Assembly: GCA_041671325.1 (NCBI GenBank)
Contig: JBAZBR010000003.1
Span: forward strand, 4,506 to 68,505
Origin: Patescibacteria group bacterium
GTDB lineage: Bacteria; Patescibacteriota; Patescibacteriia; PEXW01
Reading direction: 5' to 3'
DNA length: 64,000 bases
The notes beneath the pieces were generated by a model that saw only the letters and a list, made by a program, of their open reading frames with translations, did not search any database and was not told the DNA's origin. Of this stretch, positions 1 through 10,172 are shown one piece after another. Position 1 is the first letter of the stretch, and the number at the start of each line of letters is the position of its first letter. The position numbers were made by a program, and so were the translations under genes.

Positions 1-250
1 TTTAAAGTATGCCAATAATTAGGACCGACAAAACACGATGTCATAATGGTTAAGGCGGTATATCTTGACCCGAATTTATCTCGGGATTTTGAGGTATTGA
101 TACGAATTGTTTCCCAGGTTTAACTTTCTAGTATGCTCACGATTTATTTAATTTAAGGGCAGTATAATTTTTGACATTTTACGGGGCCTGAATTAAGCTT
201 AGCTAAATTTAAATTGAACTTTGTCAACAATATAACGAAGGAGGCTGGAC

Positions 251-634
251 ATGGGTCGCGACTCTAAGTTGAAAGATTCGGTTATTTCCGAAAATCGAGA
301 CGGGATTGTTATTGTTGGGTTGATTGGTCAGTTTAACGGGGTGACTTTAGGCCCGGACTTGGCGAGGGTAATTGACCAAGCTTTAAACCAAGGCTCTAGA
401 AAGTTTTTGATCGACCTGGCTCAAACTACTTATATCAATAGTACTGGCCTAGGCCGGCTAATTTCCGAATTTGGCAAAGTTAAAGTGAATGGCGGCCAGA
501 CTGTCTGGTGTTGCGCTCAAAAAGACACGTATAAGCTGCTCGAAATAACCAGGTTACTTAATGTCCTGTCGTATTTTGATACGGAAGAGCAAGCCGTCCA
601 AGCCTTGCAGGACTCCCAAGTCGCCGCCAAATGA
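251..634 (+). CDS. STAS-domain anti-sigma factor antagonist
   Basis: IDLAQTTYINSTGLG STAS motif and C-terminal FDTEEQA; SD AAGGAGG upstream. Confidence 0.85.
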   Translation: MGRDSKLKDSVISENRDGIVIVGLIGQFNGVTLGPDLARVIDQALNQGSRKFLIDLAQTTYINSTGLGRLISEFGKVKVNGGQTVWCCAQKDTYKLLEITRLLNVLSYFDTEEQAVQALQDSQVAAK

Positions 635-688
635 CCAAGCGATTTTTTGAAAAAACCGTCACGTGATATACGCGGCGGTTTTTGCTAT

Positions 689-916
689 TTAACCTGGGTT
701 TATATAGGGATAGGTATCCGTAAAGCTGAAACCGCATCTTGGGCAAATGTTTTGGAATTTCAGTTGTCCGGCTATTGCCGAAGTGCAGGTGCTTTGCATT
801 TTGCTCCCGCACTGGGGGCAAGTCTTTAGCTTGGCTTGAGCCTTGTTTGCATAAATGATTATCCCAATTGAGCAAAGAACCAGTAAAGCCAGGAAAATCC
901 CTATACCTAGGGTCAT
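689..916 (-). CDS. small membrane protein with zinc ribbon
   Basis: N-terminal TM helix then CPQC...CPRC. Confidence 0.6.
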   Translation of the reverse strand: MTLGIGIFLALLVLCSIGIIIYANKAQAKLKTCPQCGSKMQSTCTSAIAGQLKFQNICPRCGFSFTDTYPYINPG

Positions 917-1047
917 AAAGAACCTTTCTGCTCTAGAGGTGGATTATCAATGGCTTTAACCTAAATCTTGGACTATCAACTGTCAAGAAAATTAATAAAA
1001 AACAGAGCCAATACCTGGCCCCATTTTTTGTTAATCAATATTAATAC

Positions 1048-1614
1048 TTATTCGCTGGCAGCAAGATATTCTGAATATTTTCGCGCTCCCATTTTTCTTA
1101 TTTGCGCCAAGTCATTTTTAAATCCCATTAGAGAGTCTCTTAATTTTTGGCATTCTAAAATTTTATCAGCCGCTTGCAATGCCATATCAGTATTATCAGC
1201 CTTTTTAAATCCTTGATATGCAAATTTGATAGCAGTTTCATTAGTAGCAAGAGCTGACTCTAAAAGTCCGATATGTTCATGTAATCTTTTAGAATCAAAT
1301 CCAGCAGATCCTATCAATTCCTTGGTTTCTTTAAATGAAGTCGACAGTTTTTCGATGCTCCGACTATAGTCTTTAAAAATGTCAGGCGCATAATATTCCC
1401 CGCTATTTAATTTTCTATCTAAATCTTTCACCAACTCAGGATCATTAAACTCTTTAGCATAAGCGCGTATTCTATTGATTGCTTCAACCCCACGAGCTTC
1501 TTGGCCATTAACAACTCCTGCTGCTATTTTTGCTTCTTCTAATTCCTCCGGAGTCTCCGGATTTGGATTTTCAAGTTTTGGGTCGTAAGCCGGATGTCCT
1601 GATTCTATGCCCAT
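1048..1614 (-). CDS. hypothetical helical protein
   Basis: 188-aa open frame with ATG start, no recognisable motif. Confidence 0.6.
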   Translation of the reverse strand: MGIESGHPAYDPKLENPNPETPEELEEAKIAAGVVNGQEARGVEAINRIRAYAKEFNDPELVKDLDRKLNSGEYYAPDIFKDYSRSIEKLSTSFKETKELIGSAGFDSKRLHEHIGLLESALATNETAIKFAYQGFKKADNTDMALQAADKILECQKLRDSLMGFKNDLAQIRKMGARKYSEYLAASE

Positions 1615-1817
1615 ATATTTAAAGGTTAATTTAATAAAATAATACTTAATTAAAGTATAATCGAATAAGTAAGATTAGCAAAATATTGGCCGTTTGTCAA
1701 GCATCCTTATAAAAAACACTTGATTATTCGCGGTTTTTTCCATAAAATATAACCACTGACCGAAATAAAGGAGGAATTTTAAAAATGCCGTGCGAATCAG
1801 GCGGATAAACCCATTAC

Positions 1818-4487
1818 ATGTATTTAGAAAAACTCGAAATCCAAGGTTTCAAATCCTTTGCCCATAAAACCACGTTGGAATTCCAGCGTGGCATTGCCGT
1901 GATTGTCGGGCCGAATGGCTCGGGCAAGTCTAATGTGGCCGATGCTGTCCGTTGGGTTTTGGGCGAACAAAGCTTGAAAATGATCCGCGGCAAGAAGAGC
2001 GAGGACGTGATTTTTGCCGGCAGCGACAAAAAGACCAGGCTTGGTATGGCTGAGGTGACTTTGACTTTGGATAACGCCGACCGCAAGGCGCCGATTGATT
2101 ATGACAAGGTCGTCATTGCCCGGCGCATATATAAGGACGGCACTTCCGAATACATCATGAATGGCTCGGCCACCCGTTTATCCGATATCCAGCTGCTTTT
2201 AGCCCGTTCCAACATTGGCCAAAGGACTTATTCGGTCATTGGCCAAGGCGCGGTGGACGCGGTGTTATTAGCCAGCCCGACCGAAAGGAAAGAATTTTTT
2301 GACGAAGCCGCTGGCGTTCGGCCTTTCCAAATGAAGCGCGAACAAGCCGAACACAAATTAGCTGCCACGCGGGAGAATTTAGGCCAAGCCCAGCTTTTGA
2401 TTGATGAAATTGCCCCGCGCTTGCGTTCGCTCACTCGCCAAGTTAAAAGATTGAGTGAACGGGAGGAAATCCAAAAGGGCTTGCGGGACTTGCAAGTCCA
2501 AGCATATGCCACCAAGCTGGTGGGTTTGCGGCAGGAACTGCATCTGGTTCGGGAAAAAGCTGGCGAGGCTGAAACAGAACAAGAAAGCGCTTTGGAATTT
2601 GTCAGTACCATCCAAGCCAAGCTTGACCAGGAAGAGCGCGGCTCCACCCGCCATGAAAGTTTCAACCAGTTGCAAAATGACTACCAGCAATTAGTTGAGA
2701 AAAGGAACCGTTTGCTTACCGAGCGGGCGGCTTTGGCCGGCAAAGTGGCGGCCAGTTTAGCCAAGGCTGGCCAATCCAATTTAGTCTGGCTGAACGCGCA
2801 AAAATCCGAATATGAATCCAAATTGCAAGCTGCTGAAGATGCGTACCGGCATTTGAAGGAAAAATTCGCCAAATTGAATGAGCAGGCAAAATCGGCCAAG
2901 ACCGAAGCTGAAGCTTTTGATAAGGAAATAAAAAATATTGAGAACCAATTATTAAAAGCTGAAGAATCCTTGAAAACCAAGACCACCCTGACTTTGCCGG
3001 ATTTAGCCAAAGATGTGGTGGAAGTGGTAACCCGCCACCAAAAATTTTTGCAAGCCATCAAGGCCGCAGTGACGCCGGAAGAATTTTCAGCTTTAAAAAA
3101 AGAAGCCCATCGCCTGGAAATTGAGGCGGATAAGTTTGTGCAAAAAATTAACGCCCAAGCGCCGAGTATTGATCCCACGGAATTAATCGCCCTGCAGCGG
3201 AGTTTGCACGAAAGCATGAAAGCCAAGGAAATCAAGACCAGGGCGGAAAATATCTTGTCAGCTGAAGTGAAAATTTTAAACGAGAAGCTATTCAATGAGG
3301 AGAAGGAAATCAGCCGCTTGAAAGAGGAATTGGGCAGAATCAGTAAAGATCTAAAACTTTCAGATTTAAAACCTAAGAATCCGGCTGAGGCTGAAGCGTT
3401 GGTAAACCAAGCCCAAGATGAAATGGATAAGCAGTTGGCAGAGCTGGAAGCAAAAATCCAAGAAGCCAAAACTGGCGTGGAAGAGTTTAATAAAAGTGAA
3501 CAAGGAAAAAGGGACAAATTATTCGCTTTGCAAAGGGAGGCTCGGGAAGCCCAAGATCAAGTTCGGGAAGCCGAAAGCCGTTTAGGGGACTTGCGGGTAG
3601 ATTTGGCGCGTTTGGAAACCAGGGAAGAAGATATTTTGCGCGAACTTCGGGCGGAATTGCCGGCAGAATACGTTGAAAAAGTGGAAAGCGCCAAAAAGAT
3701 TCCCGAACATACCAACTTGTCGAAGCTGGAAGAAGAAGTCGCCAAAACCAAGCATGCCTTGGAATTGATCGGCGGGATTGATGAGAACGCGGTTAAAGAA
3801 TACGAAGAAACCAAAACCCGTTATGATTTCTTGACCACCCAAGTGGCGGATTTGAATAAGGCCGCGGAAGATTTGGAAGTGGGCATCCAGAAATTGGAAA
3901 AAATAATCAAGGAAAAATTTGAAACATCTTTTTCCAAAGTTTCTTTGGAATTTTCCAAATATTTCAAGATTCTCTTTAATGGCGGCCATGCCAGCCTGGA
4001 ATTAGTCAAAGAAATAATTTTGCCGCCTGAAGCACAGGCAGATTTGGATGAGGATGAAGAAGATGGTGACGAGGCTGAAGAAATGGAATTGGAACCCAAG
4101 AAAATCAAAGGTGAAAAGGTGGTTACGGGCGTGGATATTTTTGCCACACCGCCAGGCAAGAAACTTAGAGGTATTGGCATGCTTTCCGGCGGTGAAAGAG
4201 CCTTGACTTCCATTGCCTTGATCTGTGCCATCTTAGCTTCTAACCCTTCACCCTTCGTGGTTTTGGATGAAGTTGACGCGGCCCTGGATGAATCCAATTC
4301 CATCCGCTTTGCCCAAATTTTGGAAAAACTTGCCCACCGCACCCAATTCATTACCATTTCCCACAACCGCGCCACCATGCAGCGCGCCATCCTTTTATAC
4401 GGCGTGACCATGGGTGATGACGGAGTCTCAAAGCTTTTGTCAGTCAAAATGGAGGACGTGGATAAAGTGGTTAATTCCAAGCATTAA
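1818..4487 (+). CDS. smc: SMC family chromosome segregation ATPase (short form)
   Basis: GFKSF, Walker A GPNGSGKSN, LSGGE signature, Walker B VVLDEVDAALD, long coiled coils. Confidence 0.95.
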   Translation: MYLEKLEIQGFKSFAHKTTLEFQRGIAVIVGPNGSGKSNVADAVRWVLGEQSLKMIRGKKSEDVIFAGSDKKTRLGMAEVTLTLDNADRKAPIDYDKVVIARRIYKDGTSEYIMNGSATRLSDIQLLLARSNIGQRTYSVIGQGAVDAVLLASPTERKEFFDEAAGVRPFQMKREQAEHKLAATRENLGQAQLLIDEIAPRLRSLTRQVKRLSEREEIQKGLRDLQVQAYATKLVGLRQELHLVREKAGEAETEQESALEFVSTIQAKLDQEERGSTRHESFNQLQNDYQQLVEKRNRLLTERAALAGKVAASLAKAGQSNLVWLNAQKSEYESKLQAAEDAYRHLKEKFAKLNEQAKSAKTEAEAFDKEIKNIENQLLKAEESLKTKTTLTLPDLAKDVVEVVTRHQKFLQAIKAAVTPEEFSALKKEAHRLEIEADKFVQKINAQAPSIDPTELIALQRSLHESMKAKEIKTRAENILSAEVKILNEKLFNEEKEISRLKEELGRISKDLKLSDLKPKNPAEAEALVNQAQDEMDKQLAELEAKIQEAKTGVEEFNKSEQGKRDKLFALQREAREAQDQVREAESRLGDLRVDLARLETREEDILRELRAELPAEYVEKVESAKKIPEHTNLSKLEEEVAKTKHALELIGGIDENAVKEYEETKTRYDFLTTQVADLNKAAEDLEVGIQKLEKIIKEKFETSFSKVSLEFSKYFKILFNGGHASLELVKEIILPPEAQADLDEDEEDGDEAEEMELEPKKIKGEKVVTGVDIFATPPGKKLRGIGMLSGGERALTSIALICAILASNPSPFVVLDEVDAALDESNSIRFAQILEKLAHRTQFITISHNRATMQRAILLYGVTMGDDGVSKLLSVKMEDVDKVVNSKH

Positions 4488-4560
4488 GGCTTGACATTTT
4501 TAAGTTTTTAGACTAGGATATTGAATTAGATTATTAATTTATCTTTAAATCAACAAATAT

Positions 4561-4848
4561 ATGGAACCAAATCCAGAACGCGAAAATATAATGAAGAATG
4601 AGGCTCTTATGTCCGCTTTAGCGGAATTTCATGAGATGATTCCTCATCTGCCTGAACAGGCGCAAATTGAGCAAACTCAAATTACTGATTTGCTCGACGG
4701 TGGGTCTTCAATTGGACAGGAGTTAGACCATGAACAAGGAAGGGCGTTTGCAGATTGGATAGTTGCCGGTGAACAGAATTTGAAGTCAAAAGAAGAATTT
4801 GTTGCCGCAGCTCTTGAGAAAATCAAAAAGCTTAAAGGCGAAAATTAA
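4561..4848 (+). CDS. hypothetical protein
   Basis: 95-aa ORF downstream of a TTGACA promoter-like site at ~4491. Confidence 0.55.
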   Translation: MEPNPERENIMKNEALMSALAEFHEMIPHLPEQAQIEQTQITDLLDGGSSIGQELDHEQGRAFADWIVAGEQNLKSKEEFVAAALEKIKKLKGEN

Positions 4849-4940
4849 ATAAGCTATAAAAAAGGAGATTAATCAAGAAAATAATCTTCTTTTTTGTTGC
4901 TCTTGACCAAAGATTAGAAATAATTTACACTACTTCCACT

Positions 4941-5384
4941 ATGGTCTCAATCAGATTAAAAAGAGTCGGGAAAAAAGGCAGCGCCACTTTCCGTTTTGTG
5001 GTGTCTGATAAAAGGAAGGACACCATTGGCCCGGCTTTGGAAATTTTGGGTTCTTATAACCCGCATGTTAATCCCCCGGCAATCCAGGTTAAAGCTGACC
5101 GGGTTCAATACTGGCTTTCCAAAGGTGCCCAGCCTTCGGCTTCAGTGCATAACCTTTTAGTTACGGCAGGCGCTTTAAAGGCTGAAAAAGTCATTGTGGC
5201 CAAGGCAAAAAAACCAAAGGAAGAAGTAAAACCAGAAGCTAAAGCAGCACCAAAAGCCGAATCTAAACCCGAGGTTAAACCTGAAGCAGCTAAGCCTGAG
5301 GTTAAAGCAGAGGTAAAAGTTGAAGATCCAGCTCCGCAGGAAAAGATTGAAGAGAAAAAAGCAGAAGAGCCAGTAAAAAGCTAA
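4941..5384 (+). CDS. rpsP: 30S ribosomal protein S16 with K/E/P/A-rich tail
   Basis: IRLKRVGKK...EILGSYNP...YWLSKGAQPS. Confidence 0.97.
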   Translation: MVSIRLKRVGKKGSATFRFVVSDKRKDTIGPALEILGSYNPHVNPPAIQVKADRVQYWLSKGAQPSASVHNLLVTAGALKAEKVIVAKAKKPKEEVKPEAKAAPKAESKPEVKPEAAKPEVKAEVKVEDPAPQEKIEEKKAEEPVKS

Positions 5385-5408
5385 AAAACTCAATTTATAA
5401 AATCAATG

Positions 5409-5431
5409 ACCCGCTTATTCGGCGGGTTTTT
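5409..5431 (+). terminator. intrinsic terminator after rpsP
   Basis: ACCCGC-ttattcg-GCGGGT followed by T run. Confidence 0.7.
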
Positions 5432-5591
5432 GACAACCAGGCTTTGGCTTGCTATTTTTCCCATATCGCTAATGTACCTGTCGCTTCTGTAGTCAAAGAG
5501 GCTTTGGTACACGGCAAGCCAAACCGGTCCTACTAAGTCGAAAGGATTGTCGGTAACTGGCCAAAATTTTAACAATTAACGACAAACTGTT

Positions 5592-5948
5592 ATGGCAGAG
5601 AAATATCAAGATTCAGAGTTCGTCGAATATCTTGTCAAATCGATAGTCGACAACCCGAACGATGTAAAGGTCGAACGCACGGTCGATGAGATGGGCGTGC
5701 TGATTACTTTGCACGTGAACCCGTCCGACTTGGGCCAAGTCATTGGCCGACAAGGACAGACCGCCAAGAGCATCCGGACCCTTTTAAGAGTGGTGGGTGC
5801 CAAGAACCACGCTAGAGTGAACATGAAAATCTTCGAACCCGAAGGTTACAGGAAGTTTGATGGCGACAAAGGCGGCCAAAGAGGCGACAGACCAGCGTCT
5901 GCGCCAGCATCAGAAGATGCCAACTTGGCTGACGACTTAAAACTATAA
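5592..5948 (+). CDS. khpA: KH-domain RNA-binding protein
   Basis: DLGQVIGRQGQTAKSIRTLL (GxxG KH loop); conserved position after rpsP. Confidence 0.92.
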   Translation: MAEKYQDSEFVEYLVKSIVDNPNDVKVERTVDEMGVLITLHVNPSDLGQVIGRQGQTAKSIRTLLRVVGAKNHARVNMKIFEPEGYRKFDGDKGGQRGDRPASAPASEDANLADDLKL

Positions 5949-5959
5949 TTTTAAAATCA

Positions 5960-5989
5960 AGAAAGGGAACCCTAGGGTTCCCTTTCTTT
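5960..5989. terminator. terminator hairpin after khpA
   Basis: AGAAAGGGAACC-ctag-GGTTCCCTTTCT perfect inverted repeat, T run. Confidence 0.8.
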
Positions 5990-6074
5990 GTATACCAAAA
6001 AAGCCCTTGCGACGGAGGATTTTTTTATCGTGAAGGAGAGTTCGAAAGGACTCTTTTTGTTTTAGTTGATTATT

Positions 6075-6193
6075 TGTCATTCCGACCGAAGCGAACGAAA
6101 GTGAGCGTAGTGGAGGAATCTCGTTTGATTCAGACGAGATCCCCCGCCTGCCTTGCTAGTTCGGCGGGCAGGTCGGCAAGGCTCAGGATGACA
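6075..6193. repeat. REP-like palindromic repeat (TGTCAT...ATGACA ends) with nested CCCGCCTGCC...GGCGGGCAGG insert at 6143-6172
   Basis: Terminal inverted repeat; removing the insert restores GAGATCC-TCGGCAAGGCTCAGGATGACA. Confidence 0.8.
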
Positions 6194-6386
6194 AAAAATA
6201 TTTTCATATTGACAATATTTAACACTTAAATTAAATTAAGCGGAAGTTCTTTGATAACCGTCTACCTACGTTAGACAAGCTTAGTCGGGCAGGACTAGGC
6301 AAAACCGAAAACAACCTAAAACCACTAAAGGGTTTAGGGCTAAAGCCATAGCCGACGGTACTTAACCTAGGCGACTGGAGGATTTT

Positions 6387-6926
6387 ATGGATCTTCTTGA
6401 ACAACTTTTTGAACGTGCGCAAACTTCAGTAGTCGTGCGAATGCACATAACTAAAGAAAACAGTGGTTACTCGGTGCATATCATTATTTTTACTGGGGAG
6501 CGCGATTATTTTATTGCATGTTCGGCTAAATACCAAATGGAAGGACGACGTTGGTTGTCAAAGACTTCTGAGCTACAACGTTTTTCAATCGGTTCATACC
6601 CAGGTTGTGCCGAGTCCCAGAAAAGCCGTGATTTTCTTAGCAAACTGTTTGCAACGCATTTATGCTCGCTACGCGAGAATGTACAGTTCATTGCGACGCA
6701 CGAAGACTCAGGTGCGGATGCCGCTACGAGTCCCCAGATTCTTATATGCCTCACACACCTCGTAGCTTATTTGCAAGGCCAGGTCGGTATTAAGAAATAT
6801 GAGTCGCTCGATGGCCATTCTATTTATTACTGGGAGTCTATGTTGTGCGATCGCCTCATGGGGTTTATCGGCGAACAGATGGAACGTCAACGTCAAAGCG
6901 GCTTAGCTTTCTTGCGAGATCATTAA
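6387..6926 (+). CDS. hypothetical protein
   Basis: 179-aa ORF, SD GGAGG upstream. Confidence 0.6.
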   Translation: MDLLEQLFERAQTSVVVRMHITKENSGYSVHIIIFTGERDYFIACSAKYQMEGRRWLSKTSELQRFSIGSYPGCAESQKSRDFLSKLFATHLCSLRENVQFIATHEDSGADAATSPQILICLTHLVAYLQGQVGIKKYESLDGHSIYYWESMLCDRLMGFIGEQMERQRQSGLAFLRDH

Positions 6927-7148
6927 ATCTCTTCTTTCAATTTCACCGTCTGCTCCTGCCCCCCGCCAGCCCGACACGCTGTCGAGGCGAGCGGAAATTC
7001 GTCTGCGCAAGGCCGCAGATAAAGTAAATGTTAAAAGACAGTCCTGCCCGGCTGTCTTTTTTTATTCCATCAGGCATTTTAGCGAGGTCCAGCCTTCGCA
7101 GCCGCTTCGGCGGAGTAAGTCAGGCGGGCACGGTGGTTCTTCTTTTTC

Positions 7149-7306
7149 TGTCATTGCGAGCCCCGCACAGCGGGGCGTGGCAATCTTACTCGGACGTCAT
7201 TAAGAAAGATTGCTCCCGCCTGCCTTTGCCCTGCCTGCCTGTCGGTAGGCAGACGAAGTATGGCGGGCAGGTCGTCAGTGACCATGGGTACTTCCTCGCA
7301 ATGACA
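7149..7306. repeat. REP-like repeat (TGTCATTGCGAG...CTCGCAATGACA) with doubly nested inserts at 7215-7271
   Basis: 12-bp terminal IR, internal GCAATC/GATTGC; removing the insert restores GATTGCT-TCGTC. Confidence 0.85.
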
Positions 7307-7625
7307 CAATGGAACTTTTGTGCTAATTTATTTTCGTACCTACCTTGGTACATTTTCTTTCAACTTTTTCAAGGAGGTATCCTTGAAACGTAAATACGAT
7401 TTTTGCCATTGGCCGGAGGATGGCGGTTAGAGCGAACACCGTCGCCAATCGTCAAACCTTTGCTTTATGGCAAAAAGCAGGCCACCCTGAAAAGAGGTGG
7501 CCTTTATTTACACAATCTGATAGTAGTTTATACTATAAACAAATCGTCCTTTTTAAACCTTTAGCTGAAAGGAGTCATTACAATGCAAGGAAAACATTTT
7601 GAACCCAGTGATGGAGGGTAAGGCA

Positions 7626-8010
7626 ATGCGCAGAGAAAAAAAACTTCGCGGGGCCGGCGATAGTTGCCACCACAAAGGCGGCGGAATTGATGGCTCGTTC
7701 AAGGGCGGCGGCACTGGCGAAAGACGTCGCCATTTTGGCGAAGGAGACGGGGGCTAGCATGCAAGACAAGACTCCTGCGACACAACGGTCGTTTTGGTAT
7801 CAGACCTGGATGGCAGAAGAATTCTTTCTGCCGGCTCTCGCGAGTGGTATCGCTTGGCTCATGTACTCCAATTGTGACGCTTTGTTCCCGTATCACCCAG
7901 CTACCAAATCCTTGATTAAAGCGATAGTTGTCGCGGCAGCAGTCTTGAGCTTTGTGCCTTTCGGGCTAAAATTGTACTTTAGGTTAAAGTCCCGAATTTT
8001 CCGAGGCTAA
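7626..8010 (+). CDS. membrane protein, possibly frameshifted at A8 run 7636-7643
   Basis: SD GGAGGG + ATG 7626 is one base out of frame with the 2-TM ORF 7687-8010. Confidence 0.45.
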
Positions 8011-8102
8011 ATGAAGCTTCCGCGATGACTTAGCAAAAGAGGATGCTATGCGCGAAAACAACTTTCGTCATCGGGACAATGGCGAAGATGACGGATAAGC
8101 CA

Positions 8103-8137
8103 AGGGGCGACTTTCTTAAGTCGCCCCTATTTTTTTA
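8103..8137 (+). terminator. intrinsic terminator
   Basis: AGGGGCGACTT-tctt-AAGTCGCCCCT followed by T run. Confidence 0.8.
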
Positions 8138-8157
8138 ATAAATGTTAAACTATATTC

Positions 8158-8802
8158 ATGCAATTCGATATTATTACAATCTTCCCCCAGGCTTTTGGTT
8201 ACTTGGAACAAAGCATAATTGGTCGGGCGGTTAAGCATGGCAAAATTAAAGTTAAAATCCATGATTTGCGTAAATGGACCATTGACAAACATAAGACCGT
8301 AGATGACCGGCCCTATGGCGGGGGTCCAGGCATGGTCATGAAAGTGGAGCCGCTTTTTAAGGCGCTGAAAGCCATAAAGAAAAAAAGAAAAGCCAAGGTT
8401 GTTTTATTTTCGGCCAAAGGTGAAAATTTTACCCAAGTCAGAGCTAAGTCTTGGAAAAATTTGGACCAAATAATTTTAATCCCCGGCCGTTATGAAGGTA
8501 TTGATGAGAGGATTTTAAAATGGGTGGATGAAGAAATTTCCATTGGCGATTATGTTTTAACCGGCGGGGAATTGCCGACCATGGTGGTAATTGATGCGAT
8601 TAGTCGTTTAATCCCGGGCGTGTTGGGCAAAGATGAATCCAGCCAAGATGAGTCGCACCAAACCCCTGGTTGGTTGGAATATCCGCATTACACCCGGCCA
8701 GAGAGTTTTAAAAAAATGAAAGTGCCAAAAGAACTTTTGAGCGGTGATCCTAAGAAAGTTACTGCCTGGCGGGCAAAACATGCAAAAATAAAGAAAATAT
8801 GA
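8158..8802 (+). CDS. trmD: tRNA (guanine37-N1)-methyltransferase
   Basis: VDDRPYGGGPGMV, GRYEGIDER, SIGDYVLTGGE, LEYPHYTRP. Confidence 0.97.
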   Translation: MQFDIITIFPQAFGYLEQSIIGRAVKHGKIKVKIHDLRKWTIDKHKTVDDRPYGGGPGMVMKVEPLFKALKAIKKKRKAKVVLFSAKGENFTQVRAKSWKNLDQIILIPGRYEGIDERILKWVDEEISIGDYVLTGGELPTMVVIDAISRLIPGVLGKDESSQDESHQTPGWLEYPHYTRPESFKKMKVPKELLSGDPKKVTAWRAKHAKIKKI

Positions 8803-10112
8803 AACTCGATGCCTCGGTCTTGAAAATCCCTGGCTTCCGCCGGCTCTGGGCTAGCCAAGTGGCGTCTTTGGCAGCTACAAATATTTTAACTTTTGCTTTT
8901 GTCTTGGCTGTTTATGCCCATTCCAAGTCAAACGCCGCGGTCGCTGTTTTAGTGGGCATGCAAAGCATTCCGCCAATTTTGTTTTCCTCGCTCGCTGGAG
9001 TTTTGGCGGACAGCTATGATCGCCGGCGGGTTTTGATTTTTGTCCATCTGACCCGGGCGGCCAGCGTGGTTTTGGCAATAATTTTTGCCAAGTGGACTTT
9101 AGGCGTGCTTCTGGCCGCCTTTATAATGCACACTCTTTCCCAGCTTTTTACGCCAGCCACTTCAGCCGCTATTCCCCAGGTGGTACCCAAGGAAAAGCTT
9201 TTTGCCGCAAATTCCTTTTTCACGCTTACCACTTACGCGCTTTTTTTAATTGGCTATGGTGCGGCCGCACCATTAATTGATCTTTTTGGCGATCGTTTGA
9301 CTTATGCAATCGGCTTGATGTTTTACCTCTTGGCTGTCTTGGTGGCTTATCGTTTGCCTGAATTGGCTGACCATTTGGCCAAGCTTAAAGAGCCTCGCTT
9401 GGCTTTAGCCAAGCACCTTCGTTTGGTCTGGGTTCGTTTTGTGGAAGGCGTGAAATATGTTCGCAAGGATGCCATAATCGGCGTGCTTTTATTGCAGGTT
9501 TCAATTCTGATTGCCGTAGAAAAATCATTTGCTTCACTCATGCCTTCTTTTGCTTTAGACTTTTTGGGTTTCCGTGTCCGTGATATTACTTTGGTATTTA
9601 TTATACCCACAGCTGTCGGTACTTTACTTGGAGTATTTTTGGCAAATAAATTAAAACACCGCATCCCGCTACATCGGCTGGTAACTTTTGGTATTACGCT
9701 GGATGCCCTGGCTTTGCTTCTGGCTATTGCTATCGTACCGCTCGCCCACTGGTTACCAGATTTGATTCCGGCTTTCAGTCCAAACGGAGTCAGGTTGGCC
9801 TTAGTCATTTTGCTTGCCGGGGCATCAGGCTTTGCTGACCCATTCATTTTGGTTTCGGCCCAAACAGTTTTACAGGATCGTACGCCTAATCACGAGCAAG
9901 GCCGGGTTTTTGGCTTGCAAAATACTGTCCAAAATCTGTTTGCTTTTGTACCAGTCATTGGCATTGGCGCCTTAAGCGGGATTATTGCTGTGCCCGCGGT
10001 TATTACTAGTTTGGGCGCGATTGTGGGGATTACCGCCATTGCTGGCGCGGTCTTTTTCCATAAACATCAGCTTACCACTGGGCAGATGGAAAGGCATAAA
10101 TTACCAGAATAA
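8799..10112 (+). CDS. MFS transporter
   Basis: Motif A GVLADSYDRRR, about 12 hydrophobic segments. Confidence 0.9.
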   Translation: MKLDASVLKIPGFRRLWASQVASLAATNILTFAFVLAVYAHSKSNAAVAVLVGMQSIPPILFSSLAGVLADSYDRRRVLIFVHLTRAASVVLAIIFAKWTLGVLLAAFIMHTLSQLFTPATSAAIPQVVPKEKLFAANSFFTLTTYALFLIGYGAAAPLIDLFGDRLTYAIGLMFYLLAVLVAYRLPELADHLAKLKEPRLALAKHLRLVWVRFVEGVKYVRKDAIIGVLLLQVSILIAVEKSFASLMPSFALDFLGFRVRDITLVFIIPTAVGTLLGVFLANKLKHRIPLHRLVTFGITLDALALLLAIAIVPLAHWLPDLIPAFSPNGVRLALVILLAGASGFADPFILVSAQTVLQDRTPNHEQGRVFGLQNTVQNLFAFVPVIGIGALSGIIAVPAVITSLGAIVGITAIAGAVFFHKHQLTTGQMERHKLPE

Positions 10113-10116
10113 AATA

Positions 10117-10146
10117 ATCCGGCTAGCGTGAGGCGCTAGCCGGATA
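10117..10146. terminator. bidirectional terminator hairpin
   Basis: ATCCGGCTAGCG/CGCTAGCCGGAT between convergent genes. Confidence 0.7.
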
Positions 10147-10172
10147 GACCAAATTACCATTTCATCTGATTA

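Noticed and set aside
5200-5384. Tandem repeat in the rpsP tail
   Set aside because: An ordinary low-complexity KPE(V/A)K extension, common in S16
6240-6386. c-di-GMP-I or other riboswitch upstream of 6387
   Set aside because: Hairpins and GGCAAAACC/GCTAAAGCC-like words are present but I could not build the consensus two-stem structure; an Rfam scan is needed
7028-7393. 121-aa ORF
   Set aside because: It is a translation of terminator and nested palindromic repeats (CLPVGRQ is repeat-derived)
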